NCBI RefSeq assembly: GCF_947568905.1
Contig: NC_079167.1
Location: forward strand, 22,630,001-22,694,000
From: Ostrea edulis
Lineage: Eukaryota
DNA: 64,000 bases
Direction of reading: 5' to 3'
In this document: in pieces, positions 1 to 12,916 of the stretch
How the letters are laid out: each line of letters begins with the position of its first letter
Numbering within the stretch: the stretch's first letter is position 1
Program-made: the position numbers and the translations under genes
Notes under the pieces: generated by a model
Seen by the model: the letters and a program-made list of their open reading frames with translations, nothing else
Databases searched by the model: none
Told to the model about the DNA's origin: nothing

Positions 1-1
1 C

Positions 2-2709
2 CAGCGTCAGAGGTATCTCAGTGGAGCCGGTGTCGTCGGCGTCGGTATTTTGACTTGTGTTGTCATCAACAGGTTCCGCTGTTTCCTGACTATTGTCATC
101 GACTAGTTTGTCTTCTTGACTTGTCTCGTCGTTAGTTGGTTCAACATCCTCTTCTTGACTTTTGTCGTCATAGAATCGTTCTGATTCATCATTTTGACTT
201 GTATTATCGTCTGCTGGTTCTACATCTTGGCTGTTGTTGTCTTCAGTTACATCTGTATTATCGTCTGTTGTCTCAGTGTCTGTATCGCGACTCGTGGTGT
301 CCTCTGGCTCTGCACTTGTATTATCGTCTGCTGGTTCGACATCAGTGTCTTGGCTCACATCAATATCTGCGTCCTGACTATTATTATCGTCTGTTGCATC
401 TGCATCGATGTCCTGACTTGTGTTATTATCTGGCTCAGCATCATCGTCTTGACTTGCATTGTCGTCTGCAAATTCAACATCAGTGTCATGACTTGTGTTA
501 TCGTCAGATTGTTCCTTACTCGTTTTATCCTCTGTTGAATCAGCATCTATTTCTTGACTTGTGTTGTCCTCTGGTTCGGCGTCAGCGTCTTGGCTTGTAT
601 CATCGTCGGTTTGTTTGGAGTCTACTCCTTGACTTGTGTTGTCCTCTGGTTCGGCGTCAGCGTCTTGGCTTGTATCATCGTCGGTTTGTTTGGAGTCTAC
701 TCCTTGACTTGTGTTGTCCTCTGGTTCGGCGTCAGCGTCTTGGCTTGTATCATCGTCGGTTTGTTTGGAGTCTACTCCTTGACTCGTGTTGTCCTCTGGT
801 TCGGCATCAGCGTCTTGGCTTGTATCATCGTCGGTTTGTTTGGAGTCTACTCCTTGACTCGTGTTGTCCTCTGGTTCGGCGTCAGCGTCTTGGCTTGTAT
901 TATCGTATGTTGAGTCGATTGCAGTTTCTTGACTTTTGTTGTCACTTGTTTCCACATCAGTTTCTTGACTTTTGTAGTCGTCGTTTTCAGGCTCACTTTC
1001 TGCTGACATATCCTCTTTTGATGATTCGATTTCTGCATCGTCAACATCAACAGAATTAATTACTTCACTTTCTTTTCGTGAATCATATGAATCGTCATCA
1101 TCCGCGTCTTTCTCTTTACTATCTATATCGTCTGCGTCATCTATTTTCTCAGAACTTTTTTCATCAGTGCTGTCATCGAATTCGTCATACGAAGCCGAAT
1201 TATCTTCCTCAGCAGTATATTCTGCGGAGGAAACTTCATTGGAATCATCTTTTCCATCATCATCATGATTATCGTATTCTATATCGTCCGAAAAGTTGTC
1301 TTCATCATACGAAGATTCCTTGTTTTCGTCTTTTTCAGATGACGAATTTTCTTGATTTTCAGATGACGACTTTTCCTGATTTTCAGATGACTTTTCCTGA
1401 TTTTCAGACGACGACTTTTCCTGATTTTCGGATGATGACTTTTCCTGATTTTCGGACGACGAATTTTCCTCTTTCGTTTTATCATTGCTAGTATTATCAT
1501 CTGCTTTACTGTCTTGATTCTCATCCTCGGATGAGAAATAATCATCGTAATTTTCCGATGATGTAATTTCTGATCCCTCATCTTCGTCTCTGTTTTCGTC
1601 TGAATCATTGTTATCATGTGAAGCAGTTGTGTCATCTCCCGACTTGTTCCAATCATTTTCCGTTGAAGTCGTTGTCTCATCAACATCAGATATATTCTTT
1701 TCATTTGAAGTTTCTACGTTTTCATCTGATTGATCATCTACATAATTGCTTGAGAACTTATAAGCGGTACCACTGTACAGCTCCTTTGAATTGTCGTCTT
1801 CATCGTCATTTTCATTCGAATTAGCCTCTTGTATCTCTCGACTGATCACTTTATTGATCTTATTGATTTTTTTGGAATAGTCATCTTCCTCAGTACTATC
1901 TCCATTGTCGTCGTCATCATCATCATCGTCGCCTCTTTTTAATCCCATTAATAAAAATTTGATTAAATCATCATTGTTGAAAAATTTGACAAGAGAATTA
2001 GCATTTTGACGTCTGGCTGCAAATTCTGACATCTGGATGACGTCATTTGTGTTTGGGTTGACCACAACTTTTCGTCCGGTGTTTACAGGAGCTGCTTTTT
2101 GATGAAAGAATCTTTTTTTCAGTAAATCTCCATTTGTCCCCGCCACTTTTCCCGCGATTCTCTCTTTGTAGATGTCTTCGTTGTCATCCAAATCATCCCA
2201 GTCATCATGAATTCCGCTTCTGTCGTCGTCATCGTCTTCGCTCTCCTTCTTTGGGATGGTTTTTGACAACTGAAATCCGAGAGGCAAAGGAATACCTGTT
2301 AGTCCTGTTTTTGGAGAGGTCGGCTTTTTTCTGAGGGTTTTACCTTTGCCAGACGCGGTTATGTCGACTCCGAGGGCAGCAGCGTTCGGCAGAACTATTT
2401 TTGGTTTCCACGCAGGCCGCTGCTGGACTTGCTGTCGTCTCTTGTAGACAGGCATCCATTTGCGATTTTTTTGGAATTGACGAAGCAAGGGGGCTATAAC
2501 TGTGGGCGATATCGTGCGCCGAAGGGTATATTTGGGGTTTTTGGAATTCGGTTTTCCTTTAGTTAGTTTGGTCTGGATTGAATACTGAGGTGCTTTTGGG
2601 ACTACTTTGGACGGTTTTGAAATTCTGGCCCCTAACGACGCCTTGCTCAAAGCTGATACGAGTTGGTTCCATTTTAATCTTTGGTCCACCTGTCTTCCGG
2701 CTGGTAGCC
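2..2709 (-). CDS. Large coding exon of a secreted acidic low-complexity protein (candidate shell-matrix / DSPP-like phosphoprotein); 3' end outside window
   Basis: Acceptor tttccttttTAG (AG at 2710-2711), then GG plus 902 stop-free codons (2707 to 2). LPAGRQVDQRLKWNQLVSAL... is K/R/P-rich for ~150 aa, followed by D/E/S/N/T-rich sequence (SSSENQEK repeats, SQDADAEPEDNTSQGVDSKQTDDDT repeats). The + strand ORFs in the track here are antisense shadows. Confidence 0.9.
554..905 (-). repeat. Coding 75-nt (25-aa) tandem repeat, ~4.7 near-identical copies
   Basis: ttgacttgtgttgtcctctggttcggcgtcagc... recurs with period 75 (554, 629, 704, 779, 854). Confidence 0.95.
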
Positions 2710-5128
2710 CTAAAAAGGAAAACAATACTTGTAAACGATCATAGTTAAAGCGAATGCACATGTAAAAGATTGAAATGAAAGTTATTCAAAATTGCAATAA
2801 TCTAATCTGGAACTTTACGAGTTATTAGCAATCTGATTACCAGTAATTAGCATAAGCAAAATCAAATTCAATGTATTTATATCGATATACGACACAATAG
2901 CATTGTCGATAATCACTTGTGGTTTATTTTAGAATTCCGTAAAATTATGAAGTAAGAAAGGACAAGTGGGACTCCATGATGAATTAGACTGTGAATGGGT
3001 GTGATGTATATCAATAAAACTAAATCAAAATACATCACAGCTGAAGATATCAAGACTTACTAGTTATCAATTCAGAAATAGTCGCGCGGTTTTTTATATT
3101 GATGGATTACACAATAGATCGATACATTTCTCTTTTCATTGTTTTTTTTTTTTCACAGAAAATATGACGGATGTCTCCATGTCATCAAATATTAATTGGA
3201 TTCGATTTGGTCAAATAAGAAAAAATCGACACAAGAAAATGCATGATTTAAGTTTTTTTTGGGGGAGTTGGTAGTTTTTCGTTTCATCGCGAATCACCCG
3301 CATACAAAGTAAAATTGTTTATAAGTGACAAAACCACAACTAATATTTTAAGTTTAAAATAAAAAAGATGACAAAATTTAACGAACAAATCAAAATAGAA
3401 CGAAATAGTATGAGAAATACAAGAGTTAAGAAATACCTAAATTCCAACCAAAAAAAATATAAATTGTATTATTTAAGCATTTTCACCAAAATGTCTGGAA
3501 GTGACGCACTAATTAATAAATGAATATCATATCAAAAGCTGTCAAATAGATAAAATTTGAATTGTTAATAAAATTTTATTAATTAGTTTCAATCATGAAA
3601 TCATTTGTAAGGTCATAATCCCTAGAAAATGTCACGAGAGTGTTCCGACAGTGCTGTCTGTACTCGGCACAACGTAGAATTCTCTTGTGTCACGTGATGG
3701 GATCCAAATATTATTTACATAACATTTGAAGATCAGTGAAGTTATAATTTTTTATTTAAAAAATTCCCAGCAATAAATATCCTTATGGGTACTTATACAT
3801 ATGCAGCTTATTACGTCTGATAGGTGTACATGTATTTTGCAAATCATAAATTTTGTTCGTCGAAAAGCATAACATACAGTGAAATAGAAAGTACCACATG
3901 AAAATTACATTTTGTGTACTTTTCACACACTGTTCTATTGTAGTATCAGAGATTGATATCTAATAATCAATCTCTATTTCGATGAATTTATTATCGACAA
4001 AATTATAGTTTTGATTAGGAGAAACGCGCACATCATTCATTCATTACATTCATGACAGGTTCCTACATTTAGTTTAACTCACCAATCTACTTTCAATACT
4101 ACATATATATATCTATAACATCTAAACTTTTTTAAGAGTCAGAATTCAGGTTATAATTAGTTTTTAAGAACTATTTGATTAATTAACCTTTTTAACTAGA
4201 ATCCGTGGTTGGGCAATAAATTATTTCTGTTAAGGCGACCTTTTCCATGAAGTGAAGTTTTTCTATTATCTCATTGTGAATAATGAAATAAAACCACGAT
4301 CTGAAGGTCCTAGAGCGACTTGGTTTTTATTAGATACATCATTATTAAATTTTAAAGTTTCTTTGAATGAATTTCAGCTAAACATTCTAGTTTTACTATG
4401 CAAATTGACTCATTTTATAAAGGAATTCATTTCAAGGTTGATGTAGCAATTTCTTCAACAATAATTAAATCTATCTAAACTAAAAACATTATGTAGTATA
4501 TGCTTATATTACCAAATGCAAGTATGCACAAATCTAAACTACATCATCGGGTATTTGTAGCGAAATACACAATGAATCCATTCAAATTCAAAATGTAGTC
4601 AAGCAGATTTGGATAACATTTGATGAATTGATGTATAGTAGTTTTGTTTTATCTGGACATTTCATATCATTTTAAGACACTCTTGACCCGTATCCACGTT
4701 TTCAAGTTGACACCGCATGTTTTTGATATCAATATACTTGTACAATACAAAAACTTCACAGCAGAATAAAGGGCACCTGCTGGGCTCAGCAGAATAAAGG
4801 ACACCTGCTGGGCTCATTTGACTAAGCAGTTTTTTCTGGATATCATTTCTGTGTTGCTGATGGCGAAATATATTTTGTGAATCTTTAGTAAAGTAAGATA
4901 TTTTGTATTGATTTCGTAGAATTACGAGTTTCTAAACAAATACAACTTTGGAAAAAAGAAAACATGAGAAAAGTAAAAATACAAGAAAAGTAGAAATACG
5001 ACAATAGTGAAAATATGAGACATCTTTATCTTAAATTGAGAATCTTCTCACCAGTCCCATAGTCGTGCTGTGTAAAAAAAAAATAAAGTATCAAAGGAAC
5101 ACACACATGCTAGCACGCACAATACACT

Positions 5129-5136
<8 letters not shown>

Positions 5137-5192
<56 letters not shown>
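5137..5192. repeat. Compound (CA)n(GA)n microsatellite
   Basis: Seen directly. Confidence 0.95.
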
Positions 5193-5193
<1 letters not shown>

Positions 5194-6311
5194 ACTCGAT
5201 CACAGATCAGCGTCTTTGAATTGGTGAAATGTGATGAGTGGGAGAAAAGAACTATATGACTGTGATAAGTCTGCTATGTGTGGTTATCGGTGCCAGTGTG
5301 GATCAGATGTTGGGTTCAGGACACCACCACCCACCCCCCCCCCCACCCCACCCCAATAATTTTCAAAAAGCTCTTTTAAAAAATACCCTCACTGGTTATT
5401 ATAACAGAAATGAACCTAAGAACCTGTGTCTCAAAAGTGTAACATATGTACATATTTAGACCAAATATTTATCAGATGTTGTAACGATTTATAATCTGTA
5501 TCAAACGCATCACCGAGAAAAGGCATGAATTTAGCAGCTACTTTCCAATCAGTCAAAAAATCTTGGGTACAGAATGGAATCCGATTGAAAATCTCATCTA
5601 CAATTCTCTGGCATCACCACAGCAACAGAATGTCAATAATTTACGATAACTCAATAGACCAGGAAAATGACGGAAATATAGTTTTCCTGTTCTTGGGTAT
5701 GTATGATTTATATATCACATCCCTGTCGACATATCAATCGGTGAGAGGAGAGACTAACACTAAGGACAGGGTATTAACATTGATGTGTGGTGAAACACCG
5801 GGCGTCCTCTTAATGTCAAGGACACCTAATACAAGCCTTAAAAAAAAAAAAATTAAAAATGGATACATTATTTGATATATATGTTTGGATTAGTTTGGTT
5901 GTCATAAGTATAAATATAAAATTTCTATTTTTATGAAAAATAAGGAACGTATTCATTTTCATGATTTTTGGGAGAAAATAATTGTACCAAGTGTCGTTTA
6001 ACTTCGGTAGCTAACAGTGACCTATCACCTCTACTGACCAGAAACACCCCGGCTCCAGGGCGGGTTTTGAAGCATATCATGTATACATTTTGCTCATGAA
6101 ATGCTGCTAAGATCCATCCGGAATTCACCGAAAATATCCCTGTATCCGCTTGAATACTACACCACTGCGGTATACTCAGCAGCGGGAAGTACTCTTCATA
6201 TGATATCCTCCAAGTAATTAAGATTTCACTCAATAGCACACGTGCAAAAATTAATTTTTAAAATCCTGCAACACAATGAGAATAAGGCAAAAAAAGGCAA
6301 GCCATAATTAC

Positions 6312-6372
6312 CTTCTATTGTAGAGTATTGGCCGAGCACCACCAACGCAACAACGGCAAATACGGCAATCAT
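6312..6372 (-). CDS. Signal-peptide exon of the acidic secreted protein (MIAVFAVVALVVLGQYSTIE-G)
   Basis: Acceptor attttgttgcgtttcAG (6383-6384), 10-nt UTR, ATG at 6372, hydrophobic h-region, donor G|GTAATT (6310-6311). The phase-1 donor matches the 2-nt start of the 2709 exon (G+GG=Gly). Confidence 0.8.
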
Positions 6373-8604
6373 AGTGAACACGCTGAAACGCAACAAAATG
6401 AATATTACATTCAAGGGTGTTTAACTAACTGTAATAAACTACTAAACAATGTATAAAAACCGAATACTGAATTTATAGGGAACATAAAATCTGGAAGATA
6501 TCACAAAGCATCATAAGTTTGCGCGTGTTCACTGTGCAGCAGAGACTGCACGTGAATGGGTCAAGAGAAAATGAAACTTACAAACGCTCGTTCGCCGTTG
6601 TCTTCAATTGTTTGACAATAATATGCGAATCTCGCAGTTATAACACCCATCTTTGAATTTTAATTAACGGTTCGAGGCACTGATGGGAGAATTAACAAAA
6701 AAGAAAAGTTAGGTGAATTGCTCAACCATGAACCATGCTGTTAAGTGACATTTTAATAATCTTCTGAATTATTACAGCAAATTAACTTATGAATATAAGA
6801 CAATCGCATATTGAATATTGAATTAGCATCTATTTCCTACACACGACTGACACATTCAATATCGCAATCACGCGTCCATTAGTATTCCCCGTGCATTCTA
6901 GTGATTGTAAGGCTGTCAATACAGGTTTCAAACGATCATTGACATTCTATTTCTTGGTATGTAGAAATTAAACGATTAAGAATATATTTGGTGAACATTC
7001 ATCGTGAGGGCAATCCATCAGTGTATTCAGTGAACAGTACACGATTTTCAGGTTGAAATTCGGTATTTATGCAAAATTGTATGTGCACAAATGATGCAGT
7101 TAATAATTCGTCACATAAATATTAATATAAAATTCTTTTGTTTAAAGAACATAAATAGGTATAGAAATAATTCAGATAAGATTTTTACCTTTATTCAACA
7201 ATTATAGAAATTATTTAGATCGGGTTTGACCTCTGTTTGGCAGGTGCGCGAATTGCATTTCGACACTCCTTAAAGAGATAACTACTTTTGGGGTATGTCT
7301 TTGCAGATTTTTTAAAAAGTTTTTACGCAACTACACAAACCCAACAAATTAACACGGAAGTAGAAAATAAAACAGCACAAAAAGAAGGAAATGTGTTGTC
7401 CGACATTGCACACCTACATGCTCGTTTACAGGATACCCTCCTTCACTGTGCCCATGTTTGCATAACCCTTAGCGAACTGTATAAAGTTAATAACATTGTG
7501 CAAAGTTCATAAAAAAGCTATTACTTTAAAAACAACTTTCATTAAGTAATGAACCACACACACACATCCTTACATCGAATTCCTCCTAGGGGAAACGCTA
7601 TTAGAATATAGTGCACACCAAATGAAGACACAATTGTATACTTAATTACGACCTATAACACAGGAACATATCGCACAACAGTTTCTCCCAATTGTTTTTG
7701 TGTGGTCAAACTGAAAAGGTATATTATTCCTGTTTTGCATGTAAAAACATGAACGCCCAAAATGATTTAGCAAACTTAACCAGCTGACTATCATTGACAC
7801 TGGTCTTTTATTTTGGTGAAATAAACATCCTTTTACCAACGTGAATAATAATATTTTTGTAGTGTGCAAAAATACATATCGAGACGTAGGTTAATTTTGT
7901 GATTTATATGCTTGTAAATTGTATATATCACAAAGAAAATATTCACTCAGTTAAAAGAATTCGCGTCCAATCCTTTTGTACACACGACACAATATTTACA
8001 TTTCCAATCGTTTTGCCATTAATATATCAGCAAACTGTACCAATAGCCATTTCTTCATGAATGCGTTGCTGTTGTAAACAATGCGTGCATAAATGCAGAT
8101 ATATATAGCACGTCTATTCTGACGCCCGGGAAATCCGACGGCATTATTTCAAAGTAGGATGTAGAATTCCTTGAACAATTTCACATCTTTTGTGATAGGT
8201 AAGCTTCGCAATAATTCTGTTTTCCTTTTTCCGGGTACCTTGACAACGAACGCTTTCACAAGATTAGTCATTGTTTTAATATTGTTTCCATAAATTCAAT
8301 AAGCATCTATTTTGTGTCTTTTGGTGTCTCATTCTAGCCAAATCTGTTTTATATTTTTTAAGGGGTGGGTTGGGTGTTTGGCTGTTTGCTCTCCACCCCC
8401 CTCTCCCCATTTTTCTACATTCAGAACGCTGTCCGCCTTTCAATACATTTTCTAATAAGCGATTCCCAGTAATCTACATACATGTTTGAGAATTAGTCTT
8501 ACTGTGTGTTTAATCTCATTAGAATTTCATAAAGACAACTTACTTTTGATTGGCTGTATAACAGACTAGCCAATGCTGGTTTAATGGTGTTAACAGCGAG
8601 GCCA

Positions 8605-11600
8605 GGAGACTGTATCATTATGTAATAGGACGGGGGACTGTATCGTTATCTTGAAGGTCGGGGGACTGTATCATTATTTAGGAGGACGGGGGACTGTATC
8701 ATTATCTAGGAGGACGGGGGACTGTATCATTATCTAGGAGGACGGGGGACTGTATCATTATCTAGGAGGACGGAGGGACTGTATCATTATCTAGAAGGTC
8801 GGGGGACTGTATCATTATCTAGGAGGACGGGGGACTGTATCATTATCTAGGAAGACGGAGGGACTGTATCATTATCTAGAAGGTCGGGGGACTGTATCAT
8901 TATCTAGGAGGACGGGGGACTGTATCATTATCTAGAAGGTCGGGGGACTGTATCATTATCTAGAAGGTCGGGGGACTGTATCATTATCTAGGAGGACGGG
9001 GGACTGTATCATTATCTAGGAGGACGGAGGGACTGTATCATTATCTAGAAGGTCGGGGGACTGTATCATTATCTAGGAGGACGGGGGACTGTATCATTAT
9101 CTAGAAGGTCGGGGGACTGTATCATTATCTAGGAGGACGGGGGACTGTATCATTATCTAGGAGGACGGGGGACTGTATCATTATCTAGGAGGACGGGGGA
9201 CTGAATCATTATCTAGGAGGACGGGGGACTGTATCATTATCTAGGAGGACGGGGTGGGTGGGTGGGTGGACTGTATCATTATCTAGGAGGACGGGGGACT
9301 GTATCATTATCTAGGAGGACGGGGGGGGGGGGGCTGTATCATTATCTAGAAGGACGGGGGACTGTATCATTATCTAGAAGGACGGGGGACTGTATTATTA
9401 TCTAGAAGGACGGGGGACTGTATCATTATCTAGGAGGTCGGGGGACTGTATTATTATCTAGGAGGACGGGGGGGGGGGGGGGCTGTATCATTATCTAGGA
9501 GGACGGGGGACTGTATCATTATCTAGAAGGACGGGGGACTGTATTATTATCTAGAAGGACGGGGGACTGTATCATTATCTAGGAGGTCGGGGGACTGTAT
9601 TATTATCTAGGAGGACGGGGGGGGGGGGGGGCTGTATCATTATCAAGGAGGACGGGGGGGGGGGGCTGTATCATTATCAAGGAGGACTGGGGGGGGGGAG
9701 AGGACTGTATCATTATCTAGGAGGACAGAGGACTGTATCATTATCAAGAAGGACGGGGGGGGGGGGGCTGTATCATTATTTAGGAGGACGGGGGACTGTA
9801 ACATTATTTAGGAGGACGGGGGACTGTATCATTATCTAGAAGGTCGGGGAACTGAATCATTATCTAGGAGGACGGGGGACTGTATCATTATCTAGAAGGT
9901 CGGGAAACTGAATCATTATCTAGGAGGACGAGGGGGCCTGCATCATTATCTAGGAGGACGGGGGACTGTATCATTATCTAGAAGGACGGGGGAGGGGGGG
10001 GACTGTATCATTATCTAGGAGAATGGGAGACTATCATTATCTAATAGGACGGGGACTGTATCATTATCTAGGAGGACGAGGGACTGAATCATTATCTAGA
10101 AGGTCGGGGGACTGAATCATTATCTAGGAGGACGAGGGACTGAATCATTATCTAGAAGGTCGGGGGACTGTATCATTATCTAGGAGGACGGGGGACTGTA
10201 TCATTATCTAGGAGGACGGGGGACTGTATCATTATCTAGAAGGTCGGGGGACTGTATCATTATCTAGAAGGACGGGAGATTGTATCATTATCTAGAAGGA
10301 CGGGGGACTGTATCATTATCTAGGAGGACGGGGGTGTGTGTATCACTATCTAGGAGGACGGGGGACTGACGGGGGACTGTATTATTATCTAGGAGGACGG
10401 GGGACTGTATCATTATCTAGAAGGTCGGGGGACTGTATCATTATCTAGAAGGTCGGGGGACTGTATCATTATCTAGGAGGACGGGGGACTGTATCATTAT
10501 CTAGGAGGACGGGGGACTGTATCATTATCTAGGAGGACGGGGGACTGTATCATTATCTAGGAGGACGGGGGGGGGGGGGCTGTATCATTATCTAGAAGGA
10601 CGGGGGATTGTATCATTATCTAGGAGGACGGGGGACTGTATCATTATCTAGGAGGACGGGGGCGGGGGGGGGGGGGCTGTATCATTATCTAGAAGGACGG
10701 GGGACTGTATCATTATCTAGGAGGACGGGGGACTGTATCATTATCTAGGAGGACGGGGTGGGTGGGTGGGTGGACTGTATCATTATCTAGGAGGACGGGG
10801 GACTGTATCATTATCTAAGAGGACGGGGGGGGGGGCTGTATCATTATCTAGAAGGACGGGGGACTGTATCATTATCTAGAAGGACGGGGGACTGTATTAT
10901 TATCTAGAAGGACGGGGGACTGTATCATTATCTAGGAGGACGGGGGACTGTATCATTATCGAGGAGGACGGGGGGGGGGGCTGTATAATTATCTAGAAGG
11001 ACGGGGGACTGTATCATTATCTAGGAGGTCGGGGGACTGTATTATTATCTAGGAGGACGGGGGGGGGGGGGGCTGTATCATTATCAAGGAGGACTTGGGG
11101 GGGGGGGAGAGGACTGTATCATTATCTAGGAGGACGGAGGACTGTATCATTATCAAGGAGGACGGGGGGGGGGGGGAACTGTAACATTATTTAGGAGGAC
11201 GGGGGACTGTATCATTATCTAGGAGGTCGGGGAACTGAATCATTATCTAGGAGGACGAGGGGGCCTGCATCATTATCTAGGAGGACGGGGGACTGTATCA
11301 TTATCTAGAAGGACGGGGGAGGGGGGACTGTATCATTATCTAGGAGAATGGGAGACTATCATTATCTAATAGGACGGGGACTGTATCATTATCTAGGAGG
11401 ACGAGGGACTGAATCATTATCTAGAAGGTCGGGGGACTGAATCATTATCTAGGAGGACGAGGGACTGAATCATTATCTAGAAGGTCGGGGGACTGTATCA
11501 TTATTTAGGAGGACGGGGGACTGTATCATTATCTAGGAGGACGGGGGACTGTATCATTATCTAGAAGGTCGGGGGACTGTATCATTATCTAGAAGGACGG

Positions 11601-11918
11601 GAGATTGTATCATTATCTAGAAGGACGGGGGACTGTATCATTATCTAGGAGGACGGGGGACTGTATCATTATCTAGGAGGACGGGGGGGGGGGGGTATCA
11701 TTATCTAGGAGAACGGGGGACTATCATTATCTAGGAGGACGGGGGTGTGTGTATCACTATCTAGGAGGACGGGGGGACTGACGGGGGACTGTATTATTAT
11801 CTAGGAGGACGGGGGACTGTATCATTATCTAGGAGGAGGGGGGGGGTATCATTATCAAGGAGGATGGGGGACTATCATTATCAAGGAGGAGGGGGGCTGT
11901 ATCATTATCTAGGAGGAC
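8605..11918 (+). repeat. G-rich 28-bp minisatellite, ~3.3 kb (GGGGGACTGTATCATTATCTAGGAGGAC)
   Basis: Over 100 tandem units; variants AGAAGGTC and expanded G tracts. Confidence 0.97.
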
Positions 11919-11919
11919 T

Positions 11920-11964
11920 TTTTGAAAACTTTAACCCTGCTAATAACTTTTGAACAGTAAGTGA

Positions 11965-11998
<34 letters not shown>

Positions 11999-12188
11999 TA
12001 CAAGATCTTTCCGTTGGTATTGAACCTTTTGACCTTGATATTTGACCTACTTTAATTTTTTTTTTTTACATTGGTCATAACTTCTAAATGGTAAATATTA
12101 GAGCTTTCATATTGTGCATGAGCATTTCTTTTGACAAGATCTTTCTACTGGTATCAAGATATTTGCCCTTGTGACCTTGGCCATCTTC

Positions 12189-12232
<44 letters not shown>

Positions 12233-12240
12233 GTGTTCTC
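11920..12240 (-). mobile_element. Helentron-type non-autonomous element fragment
   Basis: Terminal stem-loop tgtgtttcacaaacaca and a ...cttgtt-like end typical of oyster Helitron-N/HINE families. Confidence 0.6.
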
Positions 12241-12282
12241 ATCTTGAAATATTAAGCCGCTTATTGAAAAGGTGACCTACAT

Positions 12283-12553
12283 GTATCATTGGGTCAAATG
12301 CTGTCTGACGTGTTTTATACCAATTGTTGAACCGTTCTTCGCACACTGATTTTGACTATGTATAACTCCGTAAACCTGATCAAGATATAGGGCTCACAGT
12401 GGGTGTGACTGGTCGACAGGAGATGTTTATTTCTCCTAGGGACACCTGATCCCACCCATGGTGTGTCCAGGGGTCCGTGTTTGTCCAACTATCTATTTTG
12501 TATTGCTTATAGGAGTTATGGGATTGATCACTGTTCGCTATCTTCACTTTTCA
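12283..12553 (+). mobile_element. Penelope-like (Naiad-type) retroelement 3' end
   Basis: ORF end (GQMLSDVF..) plus 3' UTR shared with the copies at 19.6k, 23.1k, 50.3k and 61.7k. Confidence 0.7.
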
Positions 12554-12916
12554 TGTACATTTCTCGCCTAAAGAAAATCATTGTGTACTAAGTACCATGT
12601 ATGATTACATAAAAATTCTCTGTATTTTAAAAATTTCCTCAACGGCTTTAAATAGAAGCATCTCAAAATATGCACTATTCTATAAGAGTTTTAAGGATGT
12701 TGATTAGCACGACATGGATGGCGAGCGGATGTCTGTGTACCGGTATATGACGAGCTGGTAGTAAATGAAAAGGGTGTAAGTTTGAAAGTTATGAATTGAA
12801 CCCATTTACCCCCCCCCCCCCCCCCCCCTCTTAGCTGCAATGATGTAGACCTTTCTGATCTTTTTTTTTTATTCTGACGTATATATTAGTTTTTTACCTC
12901 TCCCAAAACAAAAATA

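Noticed and set aside
136-1704. ORF-track ORFs 136..1059(+), 194..538(+), 554..913(+), 1078..1491(+), 1279..1704(-) and similar
   Set aside because: Antisense or off-frame shadows of the repetitive acidic exon.
5931-6239. 102-aa minus-strand ORF in the intron of the secreted protein gene
   Set aside because: Non-ATG start, no usable splice sites in frame, no recognisable motif.
8605-11918. CRISPR-like appearance of this and the 41/43-bp arrays
   Set aside because: Contiguous tandem units without unique spacers, no cas genes, eukaryotic context.
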